Part shown: piece after piece, positions 1 to 28,606 of the stretch
Numbering within the stretch: position 1 is the stretch's first letter
Layout of the letters: each line of letters opens with the position of its first letter
NCBI RefSeq assembly: GCF_009914755.1
Contig: NC_060929.1
Length of the DNA stretch: 64,000 bases
Strand: one strand, 5' to 3'
Source: the human T2T-CHM13v2.0 reference genome, Homo sapiens
Program-made: the position numbers and the translations under genes
The notes under the pieces: model-generated
Database searches by the model: none
Seen by the model: the letters and a program-made list of their open reading frames with translations, nothing else
Told to the model about the DNA's origin: nothing

Positions 1-278
<278 letters not shown>

Positions 279-2173
279 TTATCAGCAATGGCACAAAGCC
301 AGTAGGTGGTCAAGCCAGGTTTATCTCTAAAACTTTGTTGTTTTAGCCAGCACATTTTCATTTAAATTAACACTTTGTAATAAATGTTAATGTTCCAAGC
401 TCATAGATGAAGAAACTGAGGCTCAGAGAAATTCAGCAGCTACCCTGAAATTAACCACACAGTTATTCCTTTGCCCCATTAACTCTCTATTTACTGATCT
501 TTCACATCCCTGTGGACTGCCTTCATGGAGCCTGTCATTTGCTGCCTCAGATAGGAGCTGACTGGGTAGATATCTGGGCCTTCTTATGGTACCTAGTGTG
601 TGCCTGGCTGTGGACTTCCATGCTTAGTCAGAGCTTGCTAATTGAAACTAATCCCAGTGACTGCCAGAGCCTCTCCCCAGCTCCTGCCTCTGAAGGCCCC
701 TTGGGCCCAAAGAAGTGTGATGACCTCAGATTGGGCCAAAGGCAATAACCAGAAGCTGCCAGCATCCAGCCTGGGGTGGCAGCCAGAAGGCCCTAGAGCA
801 AGTCTGATTTAATCCCATAATGGAATGTCACTCAGATAAGGCTTTTATCAGCCCTTCCTAGGCTGTGGAAAAAAAGGATCATCCCAGAGTCATGGAAGGA
901 TGCTTTCCACTGTCCTGGGATTTCCCAGAGGTCCCAGAAAGCATGACCCCACTGGAAGGTCTAGAATAAAGTGAAAATATCAAGGGGCATTTGACTCAAA
1001 TTTTCAGGACTAAGGTAACAGAAGCGGGAGGAGGAGCCTAGGGATTCCACACATTCAGGCAGAGAGGACATCAAACCCTAATAACACTTAAAATAATAAC
1101 AATAATAATGGCTATTATTTATTAGGCATTATGCTAAGCACTTAAATGCATTATCTGACAAAATGCCTGTAGAGCATGTGCCATTTATCAATCTTATTAC
1201 AAAAGAGGAAATCAGACTCAGATAGGTAAGTTACCTGGCCAAGGTCACGCAATCGCTAAAGTGGGAGAGCCGGAATTTATACCTAAGCCGGCCTCTTTCC
1301 ACTGCCCTCCAGCCTTACCGTGGTGCTGATTGCCGGTACACAATTGCTATGGCTCACACACTGCTCAACTCCTGAATCTTTGTTTGCCAGGACCTCACAC
1401 GCTTCCCTTCTTCCTGGAAGAATTCCAGAAAGCTTTATGTAACCACAAGCTGCAGCCACCCCATCACCCCAAAAGGGAGGAAATAAAGGATAAAGCAAGG
1501 TGACCTGACCAATTAGGAGTAGAGGGGCCATCCACCCCACTCCTCCCAATTCCCAGGGGCAGCCACACCAAAGGCAAAGTGGAGTCTGGCCTTCTGCCAA
1601 TTGCTTTCTCTTTCTCATTCCCCCTCCCCCAGCCCAAACCTCTCCTCCCTTACTTCTCATTTTTTCCTAGATCAACTTTTCTTTGCAGGCTCCTACCCCA
1701 CTGGTCTTGTTCATTCTAAGTACCCACTGTTAGCAATAGTCTGGGAATTCACATCCCTTGCCAGACAGGAACATATACAATGCAATATTAATAGTAATAA
1801 CAGCTAACACTTACTGAGCACTTACTATGTGCCAGTCACTTTTCTTTCATCTTGAGCTGGAAAATGCAGGCAGAATGTACAGGAGCTTTTATGTCAATTA
1901 CAACAAGACTAAGTCAGACAAGGGGAGGAATCTAATATTCCATGAGCTTTCTCTGCATTAGGCGCAGTACCCTCTCAGGAGGCAGAAGAGCTTAGTAACA
2001 AAGAACATGGACTCTGGGCTCAGGCAGACTAGGATCTCCATTATCAACTAGCTGTGCCTTTATACACAAGCTAATTCTCTGAGTCTCAGTTTCTTCATCT
2101 ATGAAATTTAAATAATAACAGTTCTTATCTCATAGGGTTGATTAAAGAAATGATGTGTGTGAAGTGCTTAGCA

Positions 2174-3360
<1,187 letters not shown>

Positions 3361-3656
3361 TAGGGTGAAACAGCTAAATAATTCCAAACTTTATTTAAAG
3401 TTCTTCAGACATAAGCAGGAATTATTTTTAATTACATGGTTGTAGTCGATTGGACTTAAAGCTACTGTGCTTGTTGGAACTGATAGGTGAAGGGCTTTCC
3501 ACATTGTTCTACCCACTCTTGGAAGGATAATTGGTGGGAGCTGTTAAAATAGAAATGGTTGGATGCAAGCACTTATAGATGTGAATATCTGGGCTTGGGC
3601 ATGAATGACCACTGGGAGAGCCAGAAGGAGAGCATTTTTAGATTTGTTTGTTTCAT

Positions 3657-4797
<1,141 letters not shown>

Positions 4798-4854
4798 ACT
4801 TCAGGGCTTCCTGACTAAGCTCATAATATTAAACTTTAAAAAAATTAGAATTCA

Positions 4855-9212
<4,358 letters not shown>

Positions 9213-10171
9213 TAAACTCCTACTCTAGTGTCTAATTTAATCTTCACAACAACTCTTCCAAGTAGGTACTATTATTCCTGCCTTACAGACGACTTACATC
9301 AGCGGCCCCGGGCGGCCGCTGATGAACCTCAGGTTCAGAAAGGTTAAGTAAGAAGTAGTCAGCAGTGAGCTGAGATTGGAACCTGGGTCTGTTTGCTCCA
9401 AACCCTGTGCTATTAAGCTCTAGGGGTAGGAGGCTTATACTATTGTGGTAAAGAGCTGCCAAACTAGTTTAAAACCATAATGTCAAATATATTTGTGTGG
9501 TCTACAAACTTCTTTAAATTGCATTGACATCAGTGACTCATATGAGCCCACAGCAACCTGCAGCAGGGTAGGCTCAAATGAAAAACCTTGTCCCAGGGCA
9601 CAGGTGGGACTCCCAGCCCCAGACTCTAGGCTGTGATAGCTAAAGACCTAATCTGTTATCTGCAGTTGTTCATTCATCAAGGACAGTTTCTTGACCTCCA
9701 CAGATTCTCTAGTCTTCAGGTTCTCCCAAGTCATTGGGGATTGTGTGAGTTGAGCTCCTATCCGTAACTCCTCCACCTTTGCACCTTCTCCCAGCAAACT
9801 TTGGTCTCTGTAACCCCTTTTCAGGTAATAAGAAATGGTAACCCCCAAGTTCAGAAAGGAAAGCAAAGCAAGGATTTCTGGTTCAGGGAGAAAACTACCT
9901 CCTTTACGCTTGGCTTATTTTCCATTAAGATGGAAAGTTGCAAATCAATCAGGAGAAAATTGCCCTCGGGACTGTCAAGCAGACATCTTTGCTCAAATCA
10001 GGCCTTGAATGCATGTGTCAAAAGCACCTCACACTCTCATTCATTGCCAGCCAAGTCTCTGGGGGCAGTCCAGTTGATTTGGGAGCATTCAGTCAGATCT
10101 AACATTCATTGCACACATCTTCTGTGTATTGCAGCTGTCAGGCTGGCCATCTGATTACTACTTCCCATTCA

Positions 10172-10666
<495 letters not shown>

Positions 10667-12049
10667 TCATGCAGGTGTTTGGCATAGATTAGCTGATTTT
10701 GTCTTCATAGCATCTCTACCAGGTAGATGCTATGATTACCTTCATTTACAGGTGTAAACAATATTTTAGCTATGGAAAGTAGAACTTTAAAAACATAATA
10801 AATTATAAATAGGCTTTATGGGTGAGCCATTATATTTAAAATGAATTTCTCCTACAGAAGCTACCTAGGAAGAGTTTTCTGGGCAGCGTGGTTCGTGGTT
10901 ATCATTTTTTTTACTGCTTTGTCCTACTGTCCTCTGAGATAAACTTTAAGCATGAGAAACTTTAAGCATGTAGATTTTGTGGTCAGACAGATCTGGATAC
11001 AAATCATGACTCTTTGGGTAATCAGGAAAATGAACTCACTAACTATTTCAAACAGTGAGAATTTAATACTGTGGCTATGTAAGTGATGGAAGAACTGAGA
11101 AGCCAAACAGGGGAAACGGGGGCAACCCAGAGATTAGCAAGAACAGGAAACCACTACCATCCCTAGTGTGGGGCCAGATGAAGGAGATGGAGCCAGAAGC
11201 TGCCAAGGCTGTGGGTCTCCTAGCTTCTCCTGTCCTCCCACCCTCAGTCTGTGCCTGTGGCTCCCGTTGTCCAAACCCAGCCAAAAGCCAGCTGACAAGG
11301 GAGCCTGGGAAATGCAGCCTGCCTGGGGATGGGATGGGGATGGAGTGTAGGGGTAGCCCACATGTGACACAGAGTATTAGAAGGAGAGCAATGGATCTGA
11401 AGGCAAACAGACAAATGATGAGCCCAGCTCTTGCTAGTTTCAAGTTCCTCCTTTATAACACGATTTCTATCTCACAGGGTTGTTGTGAGAATTAAATGAG
11501 TAAATGTAAGTAAAATGTTAGCACAGTTCCTGGCACCTAGTATGGAGGCAGCTACAACTAACTTTCCCCTAGATGGGAAAACCAAGGTTCAGACACATTA
11601 ATCTGTGCAAGGAAAAAGCATGGGAAGCTGGGAGATCAGTGTGATCTTGGGCAAGTCATTTCTCTGAGTCTCAGTTTCCCCACCCTACCAACTCCCTGGG
11701 CTGCTAAGGGGATTCATTCCTTGGGCAGATATGTACTGAGCACTTGCATCTTCCAGGCACTTTGGGTGCAGGTACACAAGGCAGATCCACTAAGTCCCGC
11801 TCTTCTGGGGTTTACAGTCTGGACGGGATAAAGATACTGTAGAGAACCTTCTATAGATCACTTTATAGTGTCACTGTGATAAATGCCATGAAGTGCTGTG
11901 AGGGTGGGTGACACGGTGGTCTGGCCTGGTCTAGGGAGGTCAGGGCGGCTTCCCTGTGACTTCGGCTGGACCTGCAGCATGAGCTGGCTGAGCGTGTTGT
12001 ACAGCCTGGGCCGAGAGCGCTGGGAACAGCACCAGGGACTCTTTGGAAT

Positions 12050-12540
12050 GTTTAAACGTTAACCCAGCCATCGGCATCGCGCCCCTGGCCTACCCTAAGC
12101 CAGGCCGCGATGCTCGCGCCTCCGAGGGCCTCCCGCAGTCAAGCCGGGACCTCGCCCAGCAAGGACTCCAGGGCTGCCCAGGCAGGGGCGCCCGTCCGGC
12201 ACCGGACTCCCGCCCTGGGCCCAGCTCCGGCGCTCGGCCAGCCCCGTGCCCCGGGCGGCCGCTGATAGTCGGCTAATGCGTATCGAATTTTTGTGGAGTT
12301 CGGCCCGCGCAGAGTGCGCGCGGAGGCGCTGCCCGAGCCTCTTAATTCCCTTTGCATCGATCCTGCCGTTAATGACATAACCTTCTCCCCTAATTAACTG
12401 ACAACTGCATTAGGCGGCGCGCCTCCTCCGCACGCCGCCCACAGCTTCCCCCACGCAGTTCCGCCCGCGCCGGTGCGGGGCTGGGGCGCAGCGGCTCCGC
12501 CTGGACTCAACTCAGGGTCCGGCTGCCGTGGTGGAGGGGA
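12050..12540. promoter_or_regulatory. Orphan CpG island, probable enhancer
   Basis: ~500 bp of CpG-dense, non-repetitive sequence with NotI and AscI sites; no coding exon found; embedded TAAT/ATTA motifs. Confidence 0.7.
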
Positions 12541-13108
12541 GAGGATAGTGTTTCAGGATCGGGATGCCCCTGCCATCCATATCAGCTCAATAAACATTTG
12601 CCGTTATTTATATTGTTGTTGTTTACCTCTTTGCCACTTAACATACTGTAGCTTACTGTTTCATTACAACGACCCAAGAGGCAGAGAGTGGAAATTGGGG
12701 CTTGGAGAGGTGGAGGGACTTCGGCAATAACCACGAATGTGCAGCAAGCTACTGGGGGAGGCGGGACTCCCACCCTCCTAAGCAGCCTGGGACTCCAAGT
12801 TTGTACTGTTAAGCCCTAGGCTACCCTCCAACGTGTAATTTAGACCCTACTAAAGCTATTACATGCAAAGTGCTTAGCAGAGTACCTGGCAGATAATGAG
12901 CACTCAATAAATTTTAGTATGTCAGGCTAATTTACGGAAATACTAATTTGTGTTTATTCTCCTTTGCCTCCCTTTTTCTGGATGGCCAGTTCAGTCAAGT
13001 GGCCAGGTTTTCTAATTACTTGGGCAGCAGAGAAAGCAGAGGCAGTGGGCTTGGTCTCTTGCCAATTCAAACACAGGAGTCCCAAATTTTGTGTAATTTA
13101 AAGGATCA

Positions 13109-19730
<6,622 letters not shown>

Positions 19731-20124
19731 TAAAAATACTTAAGACCTGGGACAAGACAAGTGCTTGTTAAAGGTTTGTTGGGTGAATGAATGATTGGGT
19801 GAATTTGGAGATAGTTGTTTAGGAGATAGTCTGCTCCACCCCAACCATGGAGAGACCCGTAATTTAGCACTCTCCATTTACCACTGCTGCCAAAAGTCCT
19901 TCCCACATTGTTGCCCAGAAGCTAGTTTAATGGCATTAACCATCCCAGACAGCCATAACACCATTAAAAGCTTCAGTTCAGCCACTGCACCCCGACCCAG
20001 GGTCTTGGCTCTGGGCCCTGGGCTGGAAGAGTGGTGTGGTTGTTTACCAGAAATTTGGACCTTCTTCAGAGAAAAGCAAACATGACCTATTAGTCTAATT
20101 CAAGTACTTAGCAAGAAATGACTG

Positions 20125-20475
<351 letters not shown>

Positions 20476-21214
20476 TTAACGGAGCCAGGGCAAATGGAGA
20501 GGCCTTGACTGCTCAGAGATCTTCCTGGGAGGGGAAGAAGGAAGGAGGAAGGTCAACTCAGTGTCCCACTGGAGTTTTCAGGGAGGCAGCTTGGCTGAGC
20601 GTTTCCTGGGGCTGTGCAGGCTACGGGGATACAAGAATGTATATAGAGAGACTTACGGATTCCACCCACCACTCTGGCAGCTTTGTGTACATCCTACCCA
20701 CAGTCACCTCCCTCACTGTCTTAAACTTGGCTCAGAGAAGAATGGGAAGACAACAAAATATCCATCAACACAGATGGTTAAATAAACTATGCATGTATGA
20801 ATATGCATTCATATAAGTTCATGTCATGCAGCTGACAAATAGAATGATATAGCTCAACTCTACTCATGGATGCCGAATGATGTCTGTGTCTTGCACTTTG
20901 CTATCCAGTGTGTGACCCCACTTATGTAACACTACACATGCCCATAGATTCTCAAGGTCACAGACATGCAGGAAACAGTCTGGACACTTGCGAGTGCAAG
21001 CTTAAAGATTTTTCTTTCTTCTTTAGAATTGTCTGTAATGTCCAAATTCTCTAGAAAAACACACAATTGTTAACTTTTGTGAGTTTTTACTGTGTGTCAG
21101 CCACAATGCTTTTACATGGATTATCTCATTCCTCATGAGGTGGGTGCCATGGTTTTCCATGTTACAGATATGGATAGTAAGGCCCAGTGAGGTTAAGCCC
21201 AAGGTCACATATTA

Positions 21215-21678
<464 letters not shown>

Positions 21679-21951
21679 TCATACTGCACTGCTCTTATGG
21701 ACTGTTGTCTGCTTCCCTGCTCTGGTGTGTAAAAAGTTTGAACATAGGATCTGAGTCCTTTTATGCCAGAATCTCTTGCACACAAAACAGTGTCGTGCAG
21801 AGTCAGCATTCATCAGATGCTTATTGAAAGAGTGAGTGAATCAATTAATAGACAGATGTCCAGAGCTCTATAAATACATTCTTCCAACTATTATACTTTG
21901 CATGGGTGGGTGTGTCCTTATCCCAATAGGATTACAAATTCCCTGAGATCA

Positions 21952-22230
<279 letters not shown>

Positions 22231-22624
22231 TCAAAAAAAAAAAAAAAAAAGAACCACTCTCTCTTTTCCTCTGGCTCCCATTATGATCTGGAGCAGGCCA
22301 ATAACCCAAGCAGGTGTTCAATAAATGGTGTGGTTGACTAAGGATCCCCGTCTCAGCTGCTGTGGCAGATCCCAGGCAGTATCCGAGAAATGGCTGGAGC
22401 TGGGACAGATCCCGGGTCCACAGCCTCACATAAGCTATTTTTTCTTCCAACTCCAAGTCAAGAACACAGAGAGGCTAGGAGACATACCTGAAGTCATATA
22501 GCACATGGTGGTAGGGTTGCTGTGTCTCATCACCTGGCCTGTGTTCTTTCATCTATAACACCCTAGTTCTACAGATACTCAAAATTTGAGAAAATGGAAA
22601 AAGAGCAAAGTCTTAAGTCAAAGG

Positions 22625-22630
22625 TTTAAT
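22625..22630 (-). terminator. GFRA3: Probable GFRA3 polyadenylation signal (ATTAAA)
   Basis: Plus-strand tttaat reads ATTAAA on minus, ~570 nt after the stop, followed by T-rich sequence (TTTGCTCTTTTTCCATTTT); use not demonstrable from sequence alone. Confidence 0.65.
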
Positions 22631-23200
22631 CATGATCCAAGAGCCCAGAGAGACTTTAGGACAATAATAGGAATAAAGCAAGGCCCACAGGCTCCAGCTC
22701 CTGATGCCCAGATGTTCGGCAGGATCCGGGGACAGGGCAGTGCAGGCAGTAGTTTTCCATCCTCCACTCAGAGGAGGAGACGAGGGGGCAGGAGCCTTCT
22801 TCACAAAGGAGAATGACTTTCTAGGCTGCCTCAGAACACCCAGTCCTCCCTACCCTAACCCTAATCTGGAATGCAATAGAGAAAGGCTAACTTATTAGAT
22901 TCTGGTGATCCTGGTAGTCAAGAGGAAGGGCTCAGAAAGGGGCTTGGTGGAGCTGGTCACCACCAGATGACATGGCTAAATTGTGGCCACCAAGGAGGGG
23001 CAGCATGAATCAGAAGTGGAGATGGGGTGGAGGGAATGAGGACTGGACCAGTAAGGATCTGGAGGTCATAACCCTTAGCTTCTCCTGTGCCCTCATCTGC
23101 GCACTGCACCTCCTTCCTGCTGCTGTCCTTTCCTCACCCCTTGTGGGCTGCAAGTCCACCTGGGTGTGGTGGAGGGGAAGAGGGCCCTGGGGAAGTCCAG

Positions 23201-23290
23201 CTACCATAGGCTCAGGAGCAGAATCAAGGGAAGCGTGCAGGAGAAAAGAGAGGGCACCCAGGGCTGTGGCCTCACAGCAGGGTTTTCATT
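23201..23290 (-). CDS. GFRA3: GFRA3 last coding exon (NENPAVRPQPWVPSLFSCTLPLILLLSLW*, GPI-anchor signal)
   Basis: Acceptor ccacag|AAT; TAG at 23203-23201; hydrophobic C-terminal tail; the eight exons total 1203 nt. Confidence 0.95.
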   Translation of the reverse strand, partial: NENPAVRPQPWVPSLFSCTLPLILLLSLW

Positions 23291-23519
23291 CTGTGGAAGA
23301 AATGGAATGGAGTTAGCTCAGGGGATTTTCTTTAGCCCTTTCACTACCTCAGCCTCAGTCAAGAGGTATTCCCCTTCCCCTGAGGTATCCATTAGAGGTC
23401 TCTAGTATTCAGGGCAATGAGGAGGTCAGCCCCTCGCCTCTATCCCTTTGTCTGCCTAGTTTGGGTTTTCCCCAGCCGGCCCAGTAAAGGTCTGAGGGGT
23501 GTAACAGAGGAGGCCCTAC

Positions 23520-23608
23520 CTGGTGTGCCATCACAGCAAAGGTAGGGTGTGGCCAGTCCTGGGAGAAGAGTTGGCTGTGAAAACGCATCTTAGCTGCAAT
23601 GGCCTCCG
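23520..23608 (-). CDS. GFRA3: GFRA3 exon 7 (TEAIAAKMRFHSQLFSQDWPHPTFAVMAHQ)
   Basis: Acceptor ttcag|CGG, donor CAG|gtagg; 89 nt. Confidence 0.94.
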
Positions 23609-23998
23609 CTGAAGAGAGGAGAGAAGGCTCATTGGAAGGGTATGGGGGCAGGAGATTTCTCAGGCTCCCAAGGAAGGAAAGGGAATGCCACAGGGACCCT
23701 GGGCTATAGGGGAGCAAGTGGGTGGGAGGTGGAAGTGGGATACTCTCTCATTCTGCTTGTTTCTTGAGCTGGAGATGTCCCTGGGTTCCAGACAGGTTGA
23801 ACAGGCAGCGTGGGAGGTTTCTCAGGGAGTGGGAGACAGAAGAAAGGCCTGGGCTATGGCAATGAAAGCCTATGCTAGGAACTGCTCTGTTTGGTGGAGA
23901 TGGATGGAACCAGCCTGGGCCACAGAGTCGACCCTTTTCCTTCCCTTGAGTCCAGCTGACTCAGCCCCAGGGGCTGGGAGCAAGTACAGCACACTCAC

Positions 23999-24133
23999 TG
24001 AGGCAGGGGTTGTGGGAGAAGAACCCTTCCAGCATTTCACACTCCTCCTGCAGGTTGCCACTGCCTCGGCAGGTGCAGCTTAAGGCAACACTGGTGTTGA
24101 CATTGCTGACAAAGTTGGGGGTCATGGCAGTCC
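23999..24133 (-). CDS. GFRA3: GFRA3 exon 6 (GTAMTPNFVSNVNTSVALSCTCRGSGNLQEECEMLEGFFSHNPCL)
   Basis: Acceptor cacag|GGA, donor CTCA|gtgagt; 135 nt; conserved MTPN and CxCxGSGN motifs. Confidence 0.97.
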
Positions 24134-24154
24134 CTGTGAAGAGGGAAAGGGTAG

Positions 24155-24849
<695 letters not shown>

Positions 24850-25160
24850 TGAAGTGTGCCCCTGTAACAGTTAAATGTACCATTCCTTGGAACCCATAGC
24901 ATTTCACTCTGAGTTTGGGCTCCACGATCCCTACTTATGAGATCTCAGATAGCTTCTTTAACCTCAGTTTCCTCAACTATAAAATAGAGATGACAGCAGC
25001 ACTACCTCGTGGATTTTTGTGAGGATGAAGTAAGAGAATGCATAAGCCAGGCATAGCGGCTCACGCCTGTAATCCCAGCTACTTGGGAGGCTGAGGTGGG
25101 AGAATCAGTTGAGCTCAGGGGTTGGAGACTACCCTGAGCAACACAGCAAGACCCTGTCTC

Positions 25161-25376
25161 AGAACGAAAGAAAGAAAAAAAAAGAAAGAGAAAGAGAGAC
25201 AGAGAGAAGAGAAGGAGAAAAGAGAGAAGAGAAGAGAAGGAAGGAAGGAGAGAGAGAGGAAGGAAGGAGAAAAAGAGAGGAAGGAAGAAAGGAAAGAAGT
25301 AAGGAGAGAAGAAGAGAAAGAGAGAAGAAGGAAAGAAGGAAGGAAGGAGGGAGGGAAGGAAGGAAGGAAAGAAGGA
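25161..25376 (+). repeat. Polypurine (GA/GAAG) low-complexity tract
   Basis: 216 nt with only three pyrimidines; continues from an Alu monomer tail. Confidence 0.9.
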
Positions 25377-26131
25377 TCGATTTACCTTATTGGGGTTCTT
25401 GTGAGGTTTAGATGAGTTAATATATGTTAAGTACTTAAAACAGTATCTAGCCCTAGTAAGTATTTAGTTATTCAGTAAATGTTAGTATTATGATTATTAA
25501 GAGCCCTGACTATAAGATAGTTTACAGATGAGGAAAGTGGTAGTCTCAGAAGTTAAGTAACTTGCCGAAGGTTACAAAGAACTAAGTAGGAGAACCAAGT
25601 TGCAAACCAAGGTTATTGTCAACAAATGTCACTTGAATGAATGATAGCTTCAATTTTGTAAGTGTTTTGTCCTGAGAAGACACAGGAAAGCCAGATCAGA
25701 ATTTCAAATTTCCTGAAGAGAATATTTATCAAATCTATCAAATACCTTACCAATCTCCCATGTCCTTTGATCTGGCAATGGTACTAGTAGCAGCACATCC
25801 TAAGTAATAACTACATTAGTGCACAAAGATTAAAGAGTAAGAGTTGGGCAAGCATGGTGGTTCATGCCTATAATCCCAGCACTTTGGGAGGCTGAAGTGG
25901 GCTGATCACTTGAGCTCAGGAGTTCAACACTGGCCTGGCCAACATGGCAAAACCCCATCTCTACTAAAAATACAAAAATTAGCTGGGCACTGTGGTGTGC
26001 ACTTATAGTCCCAACATACTCAGGAGGCTGAGGCTGGAGAATCGCTTGAACCCAGGAGATAGAGGTTGCAGTAAGCCGAGATCACAACACTGCCCTCCAG
26101 CCTGGGTAACAGAGCAAGACTCTGTCTCAAA

Positions 26132-26163
<32 letters not shown>

Positions 26164-26214
26164 AAACCAATCTGGCTGGGCACGGTGGCTCACACCTGTA
26201 ATACCAGTACTTTA

Positions 26215-26505
<291 letters not shown>

Positions 26506-26569
26506 CTAGCACTTTGGGAGGCTGAGGCGGGCGGATCACGAGGTTAGGAGATGGAGATCATCCTGGCTA

Positions 26570-26815
<246 letters not shown>

Positions 26816-26959
26816 CTAGCAATAGAGGAATGGTTAAATTAAGTGTAGGGCATCCATACATGGAATATAATGCAGGCATTTAAAAATCAAGTTCTTGGCT
26901 GGGTGTGGTGGCTCACATCTGTAATCCTAGCACTTTGGGAGGCCAAAGCAGGTGGATCA

Positions 26960-27298
<339 letters not shown>

Positions 27299-27870
27299 TC
27301 ACCAGAATCCCATGAGGTCTGCATTATTATCCCAGTTTTTACAGGGGACTAAACGGAACCTTAGGTTTAGTGATGGAGTTTTTAGGTTAAGTGCTGTGCT
27401 CAAGATCGCAGAGACCCAGGGTTTAAATTCAAACCCGTCTGACTTCAGATCCTGTCTTACCACTACTCCACACCACCTCCACAGAAAAATGCTCATGAGA
27501 CATGTGCCGTAAGAGAAAAAAAGTAAGACACAAATACATTCTCAGAATGTCTACTTTTGTTATCTGGATAGAAAATGACTGGAAGGAAATGCTTCCCAAA
27601 GTATGATAGATTATCTTCAGGTGATAGAATTTTTAATGATTTTTTAAAATACATTTTTATATTTCCTGAGGTTTTACAGCAAAGAAAAAAAAGACATATA
27701 TTCTTTTTGAGAAAAGACTTTCACAAAATATCCAAGGTAGCTACTTCGTGAAGCAGCCAGTGGGTCCACGGTTCCCTGGGAGGGTCAGACCCTGCTCAGC
27801 ACAGGAACGTGGCCAGGAAGGAGTGGCGTGTGCCTCATCCCTGCCCACCCTGTCCTCCCAAACTACACAC

Positions 27871-28183
27871 CTGCAAAGCGGGTCGGAGAAGCAGAGGCGC
27901 CGCAGCTCCAGGCAGTTGGGGGCCACAGGCGGCAGCGCGCAGTTGGGGGCGATGGTGTTGCGCCGGCGCTCCCCGCAGCCCCGGTCGTTGGGGGCACATG
28001 GGCACAGTAGCAGGCCCTGCGCGTGGGGCTCGGCGGCCTTCTCGAAGAAAGTGAGCAGCTGCCTGAGGCAGACGTGGCGCTGGCAGTGGGGCCCGGAGCA
28101 CGCCTCCCCGTAGGCCTTGCGCAGCCGGTCACACTTGTCATTGAGAGTACACAGCATGGCAAACTTGAGGCAGAGGTCTGAGT
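27871..28183 (-). CDS. GFRA3: GFRA3 exon 4 (domain 2 and start of domain 3: DSDLCLKFAMLC...GERRRNTIAPNC...DPLCR)
   Basis: Acceptor ccccag|ACTC, donor CAG|gtgtgt; 313 nt; contains the GFRalpha RRR motif. Confidence 0.97.
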
Positions 28184-28332
28184 CTGGGGGGAAAGGGCAC
28201 GGAGTCAGTCGGCTGGGCCCTCTGCACGCCTGCACCCCAGGTTCCACAGGAACCCCGGAAACCCCTGATTTGACAAGAAGGTAGTGGATATAGGAGGAAA
28301 AGAAGGCCTGTCATGAATAAACCCACTCCTAA

Positions 28333-28606
<274 letters not shown>

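Noticed and set aside
12025-12045. RE1/REST-like AACAGCACCAGGGACTC beside the orphan CpG island
   Set aside because: Lacks the leading TT and the conserved GGACAG right half; too weak to call
25330-25372. GGAA repeats as a possible EWS-FLI1-type element
   Set aside because: Only about three consecutive units, interrupted
25109-25415. Two ~100-aa Lys/Arg/Glu-rich ORFs
   Set aside because: A purine-only tract almost cannot contain stop codons; low-complexity artefact
27748-28162. Several overlapping alternative-frame and antisense ORFs on GFRA3 exon 4
   Set aside because: Shadow ORFs of a GC-rich exon; only the GFRA3 frame has matching splice phases
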